A stretch of DNA of 64,000 nucleotides, taken from Lachnospiraceae bacterium (lineage in GTDB: Bacteria; Bacillota; Clostridia; Lachnospirales; Lachnospiraceae). Of the stretch, positions 43,786 through 53,392 are shown one piece after another. Each line of letters starts with the position of its first letter. Positions within the stretch are counted from its first letter, which is position 1. The translations under genes and the position numbers were made by a program. The notes under the pieces are model-generated. The model was not told the DNA's origin, made no database searches, and was given only the letters and a program-made list of their open reading frames with translations. The stretch lies in NCBI GenBank assembly GCA_017513125.1, contig JAFWDI010000017.1:101012-165011 (forward strand). The letters run 5' to 3'.

Positions 43786-45276
43786 ATGATACACCAGTAC
43801 AGACAGATGGAGCAGAACATCGTGATGGACGTCTGCAGCGGCGCCGTTCACGTCGTGGACGACGTCGTTTATGACGCGGTCGCGATCTACAGCGGCCTTT
43901 ACGAGGCCGGCATCACGGACCGGACGGAGCTCCGGCAGCGGACCGTCGCGGCATTGATCACCGCGTACGGCGAGGATGACCTGAACGAGGCGGTCGACGA
44001 TATCGAAGAGCTGATCGACGCGGGCGAGCTGTTCGCCCCGGACGAATATCAGGAGTGCCTCGAGGCGTTCAAGGACCGCGGGGCGGTCGTGAAGGCGCTG
44101 TGCCTTCACATTGCCCACGACTGCAACCTCGCCTGCCGCTACTGCTTCGCCGAGGAGGGCGAGTACCACGGCCGCAGGGAGCTGATGAGCTTCGAGACCG
44201 GAAAGAAGGCCCTGGACTTCCTGGTGGCCGCGTCCGGCACCCGCCGGAATCTCGAGGTCGATTTCTTCGGCGGCGAGCCGCTGATGAACTGGGATACCGT
44301 GAAGCGGCTCGTGGCTTACGGGCGTTCGCTCGAGGAGCCGAACGGAAAGCATTTCCGGTTTACGGTCACGACGAACGGTATGCTCCTGAACGACGAGGTC
44401 ATGGAGTTCTGCAACCGCGAGATGGACAATGTCGTCCTTTCGCTCGACGGCCGGAAAGAGGTCAATGACCGCATGCGCCCGACGCCGGGCGGGCACGGCA
44501 GCTACGATATCATCGTCCCGAAGTTTCAGAAGTTCGCGAAGCAGCGCGAGGGCCAGTACTATGTGCGCGGCACCTTCACGCGGCAGAACCTCGATTTCTC
44601 CGAAGATGCGCTGCACTTTCTCGAGCTCGGCTTCGATCGCTTCTCGCTGGAGCCGGTCGTGGCGTCAGAGGATCTCTCCGAGGACATGGCCTATGCGATC
44701 CGGGAGGAGGATCTTCCGAAGATCTTCGCGGAGTATGACCGTCTGGCTGAGATTCTCGTCGAGCGGACGAAAGCCGGGGAACCGTTTACGTTCTTCCACT
44801 TCATGATCGATCTGCAGCAGGGGCCCTGCGTCGCGAAGCGCCTAGCGGGCTGCGGCTCGGGCTGCGAGTATGTGTCCGTCACGCCGAACGGAAACATCTA
44901 TCCCTGCCATCAGTTCGCCGGCGAGGACGAGTTCCTGCTCGGGACCGTCGACACGGGGATCACGAACACGGCGGTGACCGAAGATTTCCGCTCGTGCAAT
45001 GTCTATTCGAAGGAAAAGTGCCGGAACTGCTTCGCCCGCTTCTACTGCAGCGGCGGCTGCGCGGCGAACTCCTATCACTTCCACGGTACGATCCACGACG
45101 CCTACGACATCGGCTGCGAGATGCAGCGGAAGCGGATCGAGTGCGCGATCGCGGTCCAGGCGGCGCTCGCGGCGGACGATGATGACGATGCCGGTTTCGG
45201 GGACGGTGTTCCCGCGATCGATTACGATGCACAGGCGGCGTTTTCGAACCCGCTGTCCTTCACGGAGACGGACTGA
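43786..45276 (+). CDS. scfB: radical SAM/SPASM peptide maturase, SCIFF (CteB) type
   Basis: N-terminus MIHQYRQMEQNIVMDVCSGAVHVVDD is typical of SCIFF maturases. CNLACRYC radical SAM motif. SPASM Cys clusters (CGSGC...PCHQF; CRNCFARFYCSGGCAAN). Confidence 0.8.
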   Translation: MIHQYRQMEQNIVMDVCSGAVHVVDDVVYDAVAIYSGLYEAGITDRTELRQRTVAALITAYGEDDLNEAVDDIEELIDAGELFAPDEYQECLEAFKDRGAVVKALCLHIAHDCNLACRYCFAEEGEYHGRRELMSFETGKKALDFLVAASGTRRNLEVDFFGGEPLMNWDTVKRLVAYGRSLEEPNGKHFRFTVTTNGMLLNDEVMEFCNREMDNVVLSLDGRKEVNDRMRPTPGGHGSYDIIVPKFQKFAKQREGQYYVRGTFTRQNLDFSEDALHFLELGFDRFSLEPVVASEDLSEDMAYAIREEDLPKIFAEYDRLAEILVERTKAGEPFTFFHFMIDLQQGPCVAKRLAGCGSGCEYVSVTPNGNIYPCHQFAGEDEFLLGTVDTGITNTAVTEDFRSCNVYSKEKCRNCFARFYCSGGCAANSYHFHGTIHDAYDIGCEMQRKRIECAIAVQAALAADDDDDAGFGDGVPAIDYDAQAAFSNPLSFTETD

Positions 45277-45280
45277 CCGT

Positions 45281-46450
45281 ATGGAATATAAGATCTTAAA
45301 AGAAGACGGCCTTGCGAAGAGCGCCGAGGTGAAGACTGTCCACGGGACCGTGCAGACGCCGCTGTTTATGAACGTGGCGACTGCCGGCGCTATCAAGGGC
45401 GCGGTCTCCGCGGAAGATCTCGAACAGATCGGGACGCAGGTCATGCTCTGCAACACCTATCACCTGCATGTGCGCCCCGGCGACGAGGTCGTGCGCGACA
45501 TGGGCGGCCTGCGCGGATTTACGACCTGGCAGGGGCCGACATTGACCGACTCGGGCGGATTTCAGGTGTTTTCGCTCGCGGGGCTGCGGCGCATTAAGGA
45601 GGAAGGCGTGACCTTCCAGTCCCATGTGGACGGGCGGAAGATCTTCATGGGACCCGAGGAGAGCATGCGGATCCAGTCGAACCTCGCGTCGACGTTCGCG
45701 ATGGCGTTCGACGAGTGCCCGCCCAGTAAGGCCGAGCGTCCCTATATCGAGCAGAGCGTGGACCGCACCACGCGGTGGCTGGCCCGGTGTAAGGCAGAGA
45801 TGGAGCGCCTGAACGCGCTGCCGGAGACTCTGAACCCGGAGCAGCAGCTGTTCGGAATCAATCAGGGCGGCGTGCTCGACGACGTCCGCATCGCGCATGC
45901 AGACACGATCTCGGAGATGGACCTGCCCGGATACGCGGTCGGCGGCCTGGCGGTCGGCGAGACTCACGAGGAAATGTATCACATCCTGGACGTGACCGTT
46001 CCGCACCTGCCGCGGAACAAGCCCACCTACCTGATGGGCGTGGGCACGCCGGCGAATATCCTCGAGGCGGTCGACCGGGGCGTGGATTTCTTCGACTGCG
46101 TCTATCCTTCCCGGAACGGCAGACACGGACACGTCTACACCTGGGACGGGCGCATGAATCTGCTGAACGCCTGCTATGAGCGCGACCCGAAGCCGATCGA
46201 TGAGGAATGCGGCTGTCCGGCGTGCCGGCGGTTCTCCCGCGCTTATATCCGCCATCTGCTGAAATCGGGAGAAATGTTGGGAATGCGATTATGTGTCTTG
46301 CATAATCTGTGGTTTTATAATATGATGTTACACAATATTCGCCTTGCTATTCATGAAGGCCGTTACCGGGAATATAAGAAGGAACGCCTGGAACGCCTGG
46401 AAGAAGGAGAAAAGGAAAGAAAACAGCAGCAGAGCCTGCGCAGGAGGTAA
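45281..46450 (+). CDS. tgt: queuine tRNA-ribosyltransferase
   Basis: MEYKILKEDGLAKSAEVKTVHGTVQTPLFMNV, LTDSGGFQVFS, and the C.C..C zinc site (CGCPACRRFSRAYIRHL). Confidence 0.95.
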   Translation: MEYKILKEDGLAKSAEVKTVHGTVQTPLFMNVATAGAIKGAVSAEDLEQIGTQVMLCNTYHLHVRPGDEVVRDMGGLRGFTTWQGPTLTDSGGFQVFSLAGLRRIKEEGVTFQSHVDGRKIFMGPEESMRIQSNLASTFAMAFDECPPSKAERPYIEQSVDRTTRWLARCKAEMERLNALPETLNPEQQLFGINQGGVLDDVRIAHADTISEMDLPGYAVGGLAVGETHEEMYHILDVTVPHLPRNKPTYLMGVGTPANILEAVDRGVDFFDCVYPSRNGRHGHVYTWDGRMNLLNACYERDPKPIDEECGCPACRRFSRAYIRHLLKSGEMLGMRLCVLHNLWFYNMMLHNIRLAIHEGRYREYKKERLERLEEGEKERKQQQSLRRR

Positions 46451-46453
46451 AGG

Positions 46454-46744
46454 ATGAACCCCACTTTTATCATTATTTACATTGTCATCATCGGCGTATT
46501 TGCGTACTTCTTCGTGATCCGTCCCAGCCAGAAGAGCCGTAAGGAAAAAGAGGCGCTGAAGAACAGTCTGAAGATCGGCGATCTGGTGAAGACTACGGCC
46601 GGCTTTTACGGGGAGGTCATAGACCTCACCGATGAGATGGTCATCGTCGAGTTCGGTAATAACCGGAACTGCCGCATCCCGATGGACAGAGACGCGATCG
46701 TCGACATCGAGAGAGCGGATGAGCAGACGGAGAAGGCGGAGTGA
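46454..46744 (+). CDS. yajC: preprotein translocase subunit YajC
   Basis: 96 aa with a single TM helix and the RPSQK...GD.V.T..G..G.V motif. Confidence 0.9.
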   Translation: MNPTFIIIYIVIIGVFAYFFVIRPSQKSRKEKEALKNSLKIGDLVKTTAGFYGEVIDLTDEMVIVEFGNNRNCRIPMDRDAIVDIERADEQTEKAE

Positions 46745-46780
46745 TCTCTTCCCCGGCTGCCTGAACTGCAGGAACCACAT

Positions 46781-46818
46781 CGGGCTGTCCGCTCGGCACG
46801 GACAGCTCCGATCTTTTT
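46781..46818 (+). terminator. terminator after yajC
   Basis: Stem gctgtccg/cggacagc, with a T5 run a few nt downstream. Confidence 0.55.
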
Positions 46819-46865
46819 ATAGGAACATTATTCATTTTTTCATATAGTTTTTTAAGAGGTATCAG

Positions 46866-47951
46866 ATGAGCAGAGTTTATAACTTTTCGGCGGGCCCCGC
46901 GGTCCTGCCCGAGGAAGTGCTGGAGCAGGCCGCCGCAGAGATGATGGATTACCGGGGCACCGGAATGTCCGTCATGGAGATGAGCCACCGTTCGTCCGCG
47001 TTCCAGGAGATCATCGACACCGCAGAGGCGGACCTGCGCGAGCTGATGCGGATTCCGGAGAATTATAAGGTCCTGTTTCTGCAGGGCGGCGCGAGCGCGC
47101 AGTTCTCGGCGATCCCGCTGAACTTCATGACGACCGGGAAGGCTGATTACATCATCACCGGCCAGTGGGCGAAGAAGGCCTGGACCGAAGCGCAGAAGTA
47201 CGGCGAGGCGAACGCCGTCGCGTCGAGCGCCGACGAGACTTTCACCTACATCCCGGACTGCTCGGATCTGCCGATCAGCGAGGACTCGTCCTACGTCTAC
47301 ATCTGCCAGAACAACACCATTTACGGCACCGCCTATCACGAGCTGCCGAACACGAAGGGAAAGGACCTGATCGCGGACCAGAGCTCCATGTTCCTGTCCC
47401 AGCCCGTCGATGTGTCGAAGTACGCGATGATCTATGCCGGCGCGCAGAAGAACGTGGGTCCCGCGGGCGTGGTCATTGCCATCATCCGCGATGATATGCT
47501 CGAGAAGGAAGTGAACCCGCTGACTCCCGTGATGATGAACTATAAGACGCAGGCCGACGCCGGCTCGCTGTATAACACCCCGCCCTGCTACGGTATCTAC
47601 ATCTGCGGCCTCGTGTTCCAGTGGCTGAAGCGCCAGGGCGGCCTGAACGCCATGGAGATCTATAACGAGGAGAAGGCGAAAGTCCTGTACGACTTCCTGG
47701 ACGCGAGCGAGATGTTTAAGGGCACGGTCCGGAAGGAAGACCGTTCGATCATGAACGTGCCTTTCGTGACTGGGGATGACGATCTGAATAAGAAGTTTAT
47801 CGCCGAGGCGACCGCGGCCGGTTTCGTGAACCTGAAGGGTCACCGCACGGTCGGCGGCATGCGCGCGAGCATCTATAACGCGATGCCGATGAAGGGCGTC
47901 GAGGAACTCGTCGGTTTCATGGGCGAGTTCGAGAAGAGAAACCTGAAGTAA
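46866..47951 (+). CDS. serC: phosphoserine aminotransferase
   Basis: VYNFSAGPAVLPEEVL N-terminus, 361 aa. Confidence 0.95.
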   Translation: MSRVYNFSAGPAVLPEEVLEQAAAEMMDYRGTGMSVMEMSHRSSAFQEIIDTAEADLRELMRIPENYKVLFLQGGASAQFSAIPLNFMTTGKADYIITGQWAKKAWTEAQKYGEANAVASSADETFTYIPDCSDLPISEDSSYVYICQNNTIYGTAYHELPNTKGKDLIADQSSMFLSQPVDVSKYAMIYAGAQKNVGPAGVVIAIIRDDMLEKEVNPLTPVMMNYKTQADAGSLYNTPPCYGIYICGLVFQWLKRQGGLNAMEIYNEEKAKVLYDFLDASEMFKGTVRKEDRSIMNVPFVTGDDDLNKKFIAEATAAGFVNLKGHRTVGGMRASIYNAMPMKGVEELVGFMGEFEKRNLK

Positions 47952-47995
47952 TATCGTGAGTGGACGGGCGGGAGGCCCGCCGCGGAGGAGAAGAG

Positions 47996-49141
47996 ATGAA
48001 AGTACATTGCCTGAATGCCATTTCCCCGAAGGGCACGTCCCTGATGGAAGGCTATGAGTTTACCGATGAGCTGAAGGACGCGGACGCCGTACTGGTCCGC
48101 AGCGCGAAGATGCACGACATGGAGATCGGCGACGGGCTCCTGTCCGTGGCGCGCGCCGGCGCGGGCGTGAATAATATCCCGCTGGAGGCGTACGCTGAGA
48201 AAGGCATCGTGGTGTTCAACACCCCCGGCGCGAACGCGAACGCCGTGAAGGAGCTCATCGTAGCCGCGCTGCTTCTTACCAGCCGCGATATCCACGGCGG
48301 TATGAAGTGGGTCGAGGAGAACGCGGGCGATCCCGATATCGCGAAGACCGTCGAGAAGGCGAAGAAAGCGTTCGCGGGCCGCGAGATCATGGGTAAGACC
48401 CTCGGCGTCGTGGGTCTGGGCGCGGTCGGCGCGATGGTCGCGGAGGCGGCTCTGGGCCTGGGCATGAAGGTCATCGGTTACGATCCCTTCCTGAGCGTGA
48501 ATGCCGCGTGGCGCATTTCTCCGGCGTGTGTGAAGTCGGATGACCTGAAGAAGATGGCAGCGCAGTGCGATTATGTGACGATCCACGTGCCTGCGACCCC
48601 GTCTACGAACGGTATGATCAGCGCGGAGATCATCGGCGCGATGAAGCCCGACGCGGTCCTGCTGAACTTCTCCAGAGATTCGCTGGTGGACGAGGAAGCG
48701 CTGACGGCGGCCCTCGAGGAGGGTAAGATCAGCCGTTACATCTCGGATTTCCCGAATCCGGTGTCCGTGAAGATGAAGAACGCGCTGCTGGTGCCGCACC
48801 TGGGCGCTTCGACCGAGGAGGCCGAGGATAACTGCGCGGTGAAGGCTGCCGTACAGACCATGGATTATCTGGAAAACGGAAATATCGTGAACTCCGTAAA
48901 CTTCCCGGCGGTGAGCCTGGGCGAGAAATCCGGCCCCCGCGCGGTGGTGCTGGCTGCGGCGTCCGACGCGCTGGCCGCGCAGGTCAGTGAGGCGCTCGCG
49001 GGCTGCGGCATCGGCGGGATGGCCTGCCAGACCCGCGGAGCGAACACGGCGATGCTGGTCGACCTGGCGCAGGCGCCGGATCAGGCGGCGGTCGCGAAGA
49101 TCGAAGCGATTCCCGGCGTGTATCGCGTGAGAGTGCTCTGA
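47996..49141 (+). CDS. serA: D-3-phosphoglycerate dehydrogenase (2-hydroxyacid dehydrogenase family)
   Basis: MKVHCLNAIS start behind GGAGGAG. GVVGLGAVG NAD motif. Adjacent to serC. Confidence 0.85.
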   Translation: MKVHCLNAISPKGTSLMEGYEFTDELKDADAVLVRSAKMHDMEIGDGLLSVARAGAGVNNIPLEAYAEKGIVVFNTPGANANAVKELIVAALLLTSRDIHGGMKWVEENAGDPDIAKTVEKAKKAFAGREIMGKTLGVVGLGAVGAMVAEAALGLGMKVIGYDPFLSVNAAWRISPACVKSDDLKKMAAQCDYVTIHVPATPSTNGMISAEIIGAMKPDAVLLNFSRDSLVDEEALTAALEEGKISRYISDFPNPVSVKMKNALLVPHLGASTEEAEDNCAVKAAVQTMDYLENGNIVNSVNFPAVSLGEKSGPRAVVLAAASDALAAQVSEALAGCGIGGMACQTRGANTAMLVDLAQAPDQAAVAKIEAIPGVYRVRVL

Positions 49142-49169
49142 TACAGGGATCATTGACAGAAGAGGAAAT

Positions 49170-49208
49170 GCCGCGGAGCCTGACGTATGCAGGTGCCGCG
49201 GCGTTTTT
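49170..49208 (+). terminator. rho-independent terminator after serA
   Basis: Arms gccgcggagcctg/caggtgccgcggc followed by gttttt. Confidence 0.7.
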
Positions 49209-49218
49209 AGCGAATAAG

Positions 49219-49249
49219 CACCCGAGAAGAAACAGACGACGCGGTGAGC
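49219..49249 (+). repeat. 31-bp direct repeat, copy 1 (recJ leader)
   Basis: cacccgagaagaaacagacgacgcggtgagc, identical to 49297-49327. Confidence 0.9.
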
Positions 49250-49296
49250 TCGCTCACCGGTAGTGCGGCAGCGCGGAGCTGCCCGTGCTTACAAGA

Positions 49297-49327
49297 CACC
49301 CGAGAAGAAACAGACGACGCGGTGAGC
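49297..49327 (+). repeat. 31-bp direct repeat, copy 2 (abuts recJ RBS)
   Basis: Exact copy of 49219-49249, followed directly by AGGAGG and ATG 49340. Confidence 0.9.
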
Positions 49328-49339
49328 AGGAGGACTGAA

Positions 49340-51112
49340 ATGGCAGGAGAAAAATGGATCCTGGAAACGAAGCGCGCGGACTTTAAAGCGATCGCGCAGG
49401 CGCTCGGGATCGATCCCGTGACCGCCCGGCTGATCCGGAACCGCGGACCGGTGACGGAAGACGAGGCGCGCGCCTATCTTTTCGGCGGCCGCGAAGCGAT
49501 GCACGATCCTCTGCTCATGAAAGACATGGCGGAAGCCTGTGAGGCGGTGGAGGAACACATCGCCCGCGGATCGAAGATCCGCATCGTCGGGGACTATGAC
49601 GTCGACGGCGTCAGCGCGACATATATTCTCCTGAAGGGACTTGCGCGCATCGGCGCGGACGTCAGCTGGGACATCCCCGAACGGATCCGGGACGGCTACG
49701 GGATCAATGACCGCATCATCGACCGCGCGGCGGCCGACGGGATCGGCCTGATCGTGACCTGCGACAACGGCATCAGCGCGTCCGGTGCGCTGGCGCATGC
49801 CGCGGAGCTGGGAATGGAGACCGTCGTTACGGATCATCATGAAGTCCTCCGGGAAGAGGGGCTCGACATGCTGCCCCCCGCGCGTGCGGTCGTGAACCCG
49901 CACCGCGCCGACAGCGCCTACCCGTACCGCAAACTCTGCGGCGCGGCGGTCGCGTATAAACTGGTCGAAGTCCTGTTCGCGCGCGCCGGCATCCCGGCCG
50001 CGGAGCTGGACCCGCTGCTCGAGTTCGCCGCGCTGGCCACGGTCGCCGACGTGATGGAGCTGGACGGCGAGAACCGGGTCATTGTCCGGGAAGGCCTCGC
50101 GCTCATGAGGCACACCGCGAACCTCGGACTGTCATGCCTGATGGACGTGAGCGGCGCGGACCGCGCGCATCTGTCCGCGTTTACGCTGGGCTTCGTGATC
50201 GGCCCCTGCATCAATGCCGCCGGCCGCCTCGAGACCGCGGCCGCCGCGATGGAGCTGCTGCTCGAGGAAGACCCTGCGAAGGCCCGCTCCCGCGCGGCGC
50301 ACCTGCGCGAACTGAACGAGGCGCGGAAAGCCATGACGGCGGACGGCGTGAAAGACGCGGTCTATGAGATCGAGGACGGCGAGGACGCTTCGCCCGGCGA
50401 CCGTGTGCTCGTGGTGTTCCTTCCGGAGTGTCATGAGAGTCTCGCGGGGATCATTGCCGGGAAGCTGAAAGAGCGATATTACCGACCTGCGATCGTCCTC
50501 ACGCGCGGTGAAGACTGCGTGAAGGGCTCCGGCCGCTCGATCGAGGCTTACCCCATGTACGAGTCGCTCTGCGAGGTCCGCGGCATGCTGCGGAAGTTCG
50601 GCGGCCACCCGATGGCCGCGGGTCTCTCGCTCGCCGAGGAGGACTGGAAGGAGCTGCGGCGCCTGCTGAACGAGAACTGCACGCTGACCGAGGAAGACCT
50701 GACCGAGAAGGTGCGGATCGACATGGCGGTCCCGCCCGCCTACCTGACGCCGGAGCTCGTCGAACAGCTGGGGCTGCTCGAGCCCTTCGGGAACGGAAAC
50801 CCCGAGCCGCTCTTCGCCGAGGCGCATCTGAACATCCGTTCGATCTCGGTCGTGGGAAAGACGGGCAATGTCGTGAAGATGAAAGTTGCCGACTCTGCCG
50901 GAAACGTGATGGAAGCGGTCCGGTTCCGCGACGCGGACGGGTTCCTGGAGTTCCTGCGCGGGACTTACGGGGACGAGCAGGTGATGAAGGCGATGCGCGG
51001 CGCGGAAAATGAGATCGATATCGCGTTCGCCTACCGCCCGCAGATCAATGAATGGCGCGGGCGCCGGACCGTCGAACTCGTGGTGGAGTATTACTGCCGG
51101 ATCGGCAGATGA
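49340..51112 (+). CDS. recJ: single-stranded-DNA-specific exonuclease RecJ
   Basis: MAGEKWIL start behind AGGAGG. DHH motifs (GDYDVDG, CDNG, TDHH) and DHHA1 (GGH..AAG). Confidence 0.9.
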   Translation: MAGEKWILETKRADFKAIAQALGIDPVTARLIRNRGPVTEDEARAYLFGGREAMHDPLLMKDMAEACEAVEEHIARGSKIRIVGDYDVDGVSATYILLKGLARIGADVSWDIPERIRDGYGINDRIIDRAAADGIGLIVTCDNGISASGALAHAAELGMETVVTDHHEVLREEGLDMLPPARAVVNPHRADSAYPYRKLCGAAVAYKLVEVLFARAGIPAAELDPLLEFAALATVADVMELDGENRVIVREGLALMRHTANLGLSCLMDVSGADRAHLSAFTLGFVIGPCINAAGRLETAAAAMELLLEEDPAKARSRAAHLRELNEARKAMTADGVKDAVYEIEDGEDASPGDRVLVVFLPECHESLAGIIAGKLKERYYRPAIVLTRGEDCVKGSGRSIEAYPMYESLCEVRGMLRKFGGHPMAAGLSLAEEDWKELRRLLNENCTLTEEDLTEKVRIDMAVPPAYLTPELVEQLGLLEPFGNGNPEPLFAEAHLNIRSISVVGKTGNVVKMKVADSAGNVMEAVRFRDADGFLEFLRGTYGDEQVMKAMRGAENEIDIAFAYRPQINEWRGRRTVELVVEYYCRIGR

Positions 51113-51178
51113 CGCCGGCCCGGCCGGATCCGGTCCTGGGACCGGACGGCGTGTCCGGAGACGGAAAAGGAGAAGACC

Positions 51179-51727
51179 ATGATCTATAACGAGACCATTA
51201 CACTGAAAGACGGCCGCACCTGCATCCTTCGGAACGGCACCGAGGCGGACGGGCAGAGCGCTCTGGATAACTTCATCCTGGCGCACGAGCAGACCGATTA
51301 CCTGACCACCTATCCGGATGAGTGCACCCGCTCCGCCGAGGGCGAGGCGCAGTTTCTGAAGGCAAAGACCGAGAGCCCGGACGAGATCGAGCTCGTGGCG
51401 GAAGTCGATGGAAAGATCGTGGGACTGGCCGGGATCGACCGGATCGGTACACGCGAGAAGATCCGTCACCGGGCGGAGTACGGCATCAGCATCGACCGTG
51501 CGTACTGGGGGCTCGGAATCGGACGTGCGCTGACGCGGGCCTGCATTGCGTGTGCCCGTGCCGCGGGTTACGCGCAGCTCGAACTGGACGTGGTCGCGGA
51601 GAACGAAAACGCGATCGCCCTCTATCTGAGCGAGGGCTTCACGGAGTACGGCAGGAACCCGCGCGGCTTCCGCTCCCGGCTGACCGGGTGGCAGGAACTC
51701 GTGCTGATGCGGATGGAGCTGGACTGA
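51179..51727 (+). CDS. GNAT-family N-acetyltransferase
   Basis: 182 aa with acetyl-CoA-binding block (YWGLGIGRALT). Confidence 0.8.
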   Translation: MIYNETITLKDGRTCILRNGTEADGQSALDNFILAHEQTDYLTTYPDECTRSAEGEAQFLKAKTESPDEIELVAEVDGKIVGLAGIDRIGTREKIRHRAEYGISIDRAYWGLGIGRALTRACIACARAAGYAQLELDVVAENENAIALYLSEGFTEYGRNPRGFRSRLTGWQELVLMRMELD

Positions 51728-51772
51728 TCGCGGGGCATGTACAGGTGTACGGCCCGGCCGCAAACTTTCGTG

Positions 51773-51801
51773 TTGGAAAAACCGCGGCGAGCGCCTATAA
51801 T
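51773..51801 (+). promoter_or_regulatory. sigma-70-type promoter for apt
   Basis: TTGGAA, a 17-nt spacer, then TATAAT. Confidence 0.55.
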
Positions 51802-51880
51802 GAATGCGTGCGAAGACCCGGGCGGCCGGCGGCGGTCCGGACCGGAACATGACCATTAAAATCATGAAAGAGGTTCGTTT

Positions 51881-52411
51881 ATGAAATTGGAAAAACTGGA
51901 AGATTACGTGATCACTATCCCGGATTTCCCGGTGCCCGGCATCATGTTCCGGGACGTCACCGGCATCCTGAACGACGCGGACGGCATCGAGATGGCGATC
52001 GATAAGATCTGCGAGCAGCTGGAGGATATTGATTTTGACGTGATCATGGGTCCGGAGTCCCGCGGTTTTATCTTCGGCATGCCCGTGGCGTATAAGATGC
52101 ATAAGTCGTTCGTGCCGGTCCGGAAGCCCGGAAAGCTGCCGCGCGAGGTCATCTCCCGCGAGTACGCCCTGGAGTACGGCACCGCGAAGATCGAGATCCA
52201 TAAGGACTCGATCAGGCCCGGCCAGAAGGTCGTGATCATCGACGATCTGGCGGCGACCGGCGGCACGCTGAAAGCCGTGATCGAGCTGGCAGAGGAGCTC
52301 GGCGGCGAGGTCGTCCGCATCGTGACGGTCATGGAGCTGGCGGGTCTCGAGCCGCAGAAGGCTGTCGAGGGGTACGACCTCCGCAGCATCATCCGCTACG
52401 AGGGAAAGTAA
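51881..52411 (+). CDS. apt: adenine phosphoribosyltransferase
   Basis: IPDFPVPGIMFRDVT and the PRPP motif VVIIDDLAATGGT. Confidence 0.95.
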   Translation: MKLEKLEDYVITIPDFPVPGIMFRDVTGILNDADGIEMAIDKICEQLEDIDFDVIMGPESRGFIFGMPVAYKMHKSFVPVRKPGKLPREVISREYALEYGTAKIEIHKDSIRPGQKVVIIDDLAATGGTLKAVIELAEELGGEVVRIVTVMELAGLEPQKAVEGYDLRSIIRYEGK

Positions 52412-52454
52412 GACCGCATCTGATCTCAGGTGCGCGTTTCGGAAGAAACATTCG

Positions 52455-52488
52455 GACCGCTCCGCATGATACGGGGCGGTCTGTTTTT
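52455..52488 (+). terminator. rho-independent terminator after apt
   Basis: 10-bp stem gaccgctccg/cggggcggtc followed by tgttttt. Confidence 0.8.
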
Positions 52489-52551
52489 CAGGGTCATGCC
52501 GTACCGCGCGGTGCGGGACTGCGGGGAGCGGCATGGGCGGAGGAGCATGCA

Positions 52552-53352
52552 TTGGAACGCATCACCAGCGCGCAGAACGCGAAAGTGAAGAGGGTAAAGG
52601 AACTGCTCGCCCAGTCGAAGGCCCGCCGGAGAGCGGGCGAGTTCGTCTGCGAAGGGCGGAGGCTCTGCGAGGAGATTCCGCCGGAGCTGATCCGTGAGGT
52701 GTGGATGTCTGAGAGCTTCGCGGAACGGGAGAGAGATCTGCCCGAAGATGTGCGGACCTTCGTCGTCCCGGACAGCCTCTTCCGGTCCGTGAGCGACACC
52801 GCGGGGCCGCAGGGCATGCTCGCGGTCGTGCGGATGCCGGAGCAGGCGCGGAGCGGGGCCGGTCCGGATCCGTGCGCGGAGCAGGCGGGCCCGGAACCCC
52901 GGGTCATCCTGATGCTCGAAGGACTGCAGGATCCGGGCAATCTCGGCACGATCTTCCGCACGGCGGAGGCGGCCGGAGTCGGGGAGATCGTCATGGACCG
53001 GGGCTGCGCGGACGTCTTCAGCCCGAAGGTCGTGCGCGCGACCATGGGGTCGGTCTTCCGCGTGCCGTTTTCGATCTGTGAGGATCTGCCGGCATTGGCG
53101 GCGTCGATGGTGGCGCGGGGCAGAAAGGTGTTCGCGGCATGCCTGGGCGCGGAGACGGATTACCGCGATGCGGACTTTACCGGAGACTGCGCGATCCTGA
53201 TCGGAAATGAAGGGAACGGCCTCACGGAGGCGGCCCTTTCCGCGGCCACGGAGCGGGTGATCATTCCGATGCAGGGAGAGATCGAGTCATTGAACGCGAG
53301 CGTCGCGGCGGCGCTTCTGATGTATGAAGCGGGAAGGCACGCGGCCGGATAA
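52552..53352 (+). CDS. TrmH/SpoU-family RNA 2'-O-methyltransferase (RlmB-like)
   Basis: TTG start behind GGAGGAG. SpoU motifs (LEGLQDPGNLGTI.R, IGNEGNGL, IPM.G..ESLNASVA). Confidence 0.8.
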   Translation: MERITSAQNAKVKRVKELLAQSKARRRAGEFVCEGRRLCEEIPPELIREVWMSESFAERERDLPEDVRTFVVPDSLFRSVSDTAGPQGMLAVVRMPEQARSGAGPDPCAEQAGPEPRVILMLEGLQDPGNLGTIFRTAEAAGVGEIVMDRGCADVFSPKVVRATMGSVFRVPFSICEDLPALAASMVARGRKVFAACLGAETDYRDADFTGDCAILIGNEGNGLTEAALSAATERVIIPMQGEIESLNASVAAALLMYEAGRHAAG

Positions 53353-53392
53353 ACAGCCTTCGGAGGCCGGTTTTATCAGGAAGGAGTTATTT

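Noticed and set aside
50132-52552. 806-aa minus-strand ORF spanning recJ, the GNAT gene and apt
   Set aside because: It crosses two intergenic regions, a promoter and three well-supported + strand genes. This is a GC artefact.
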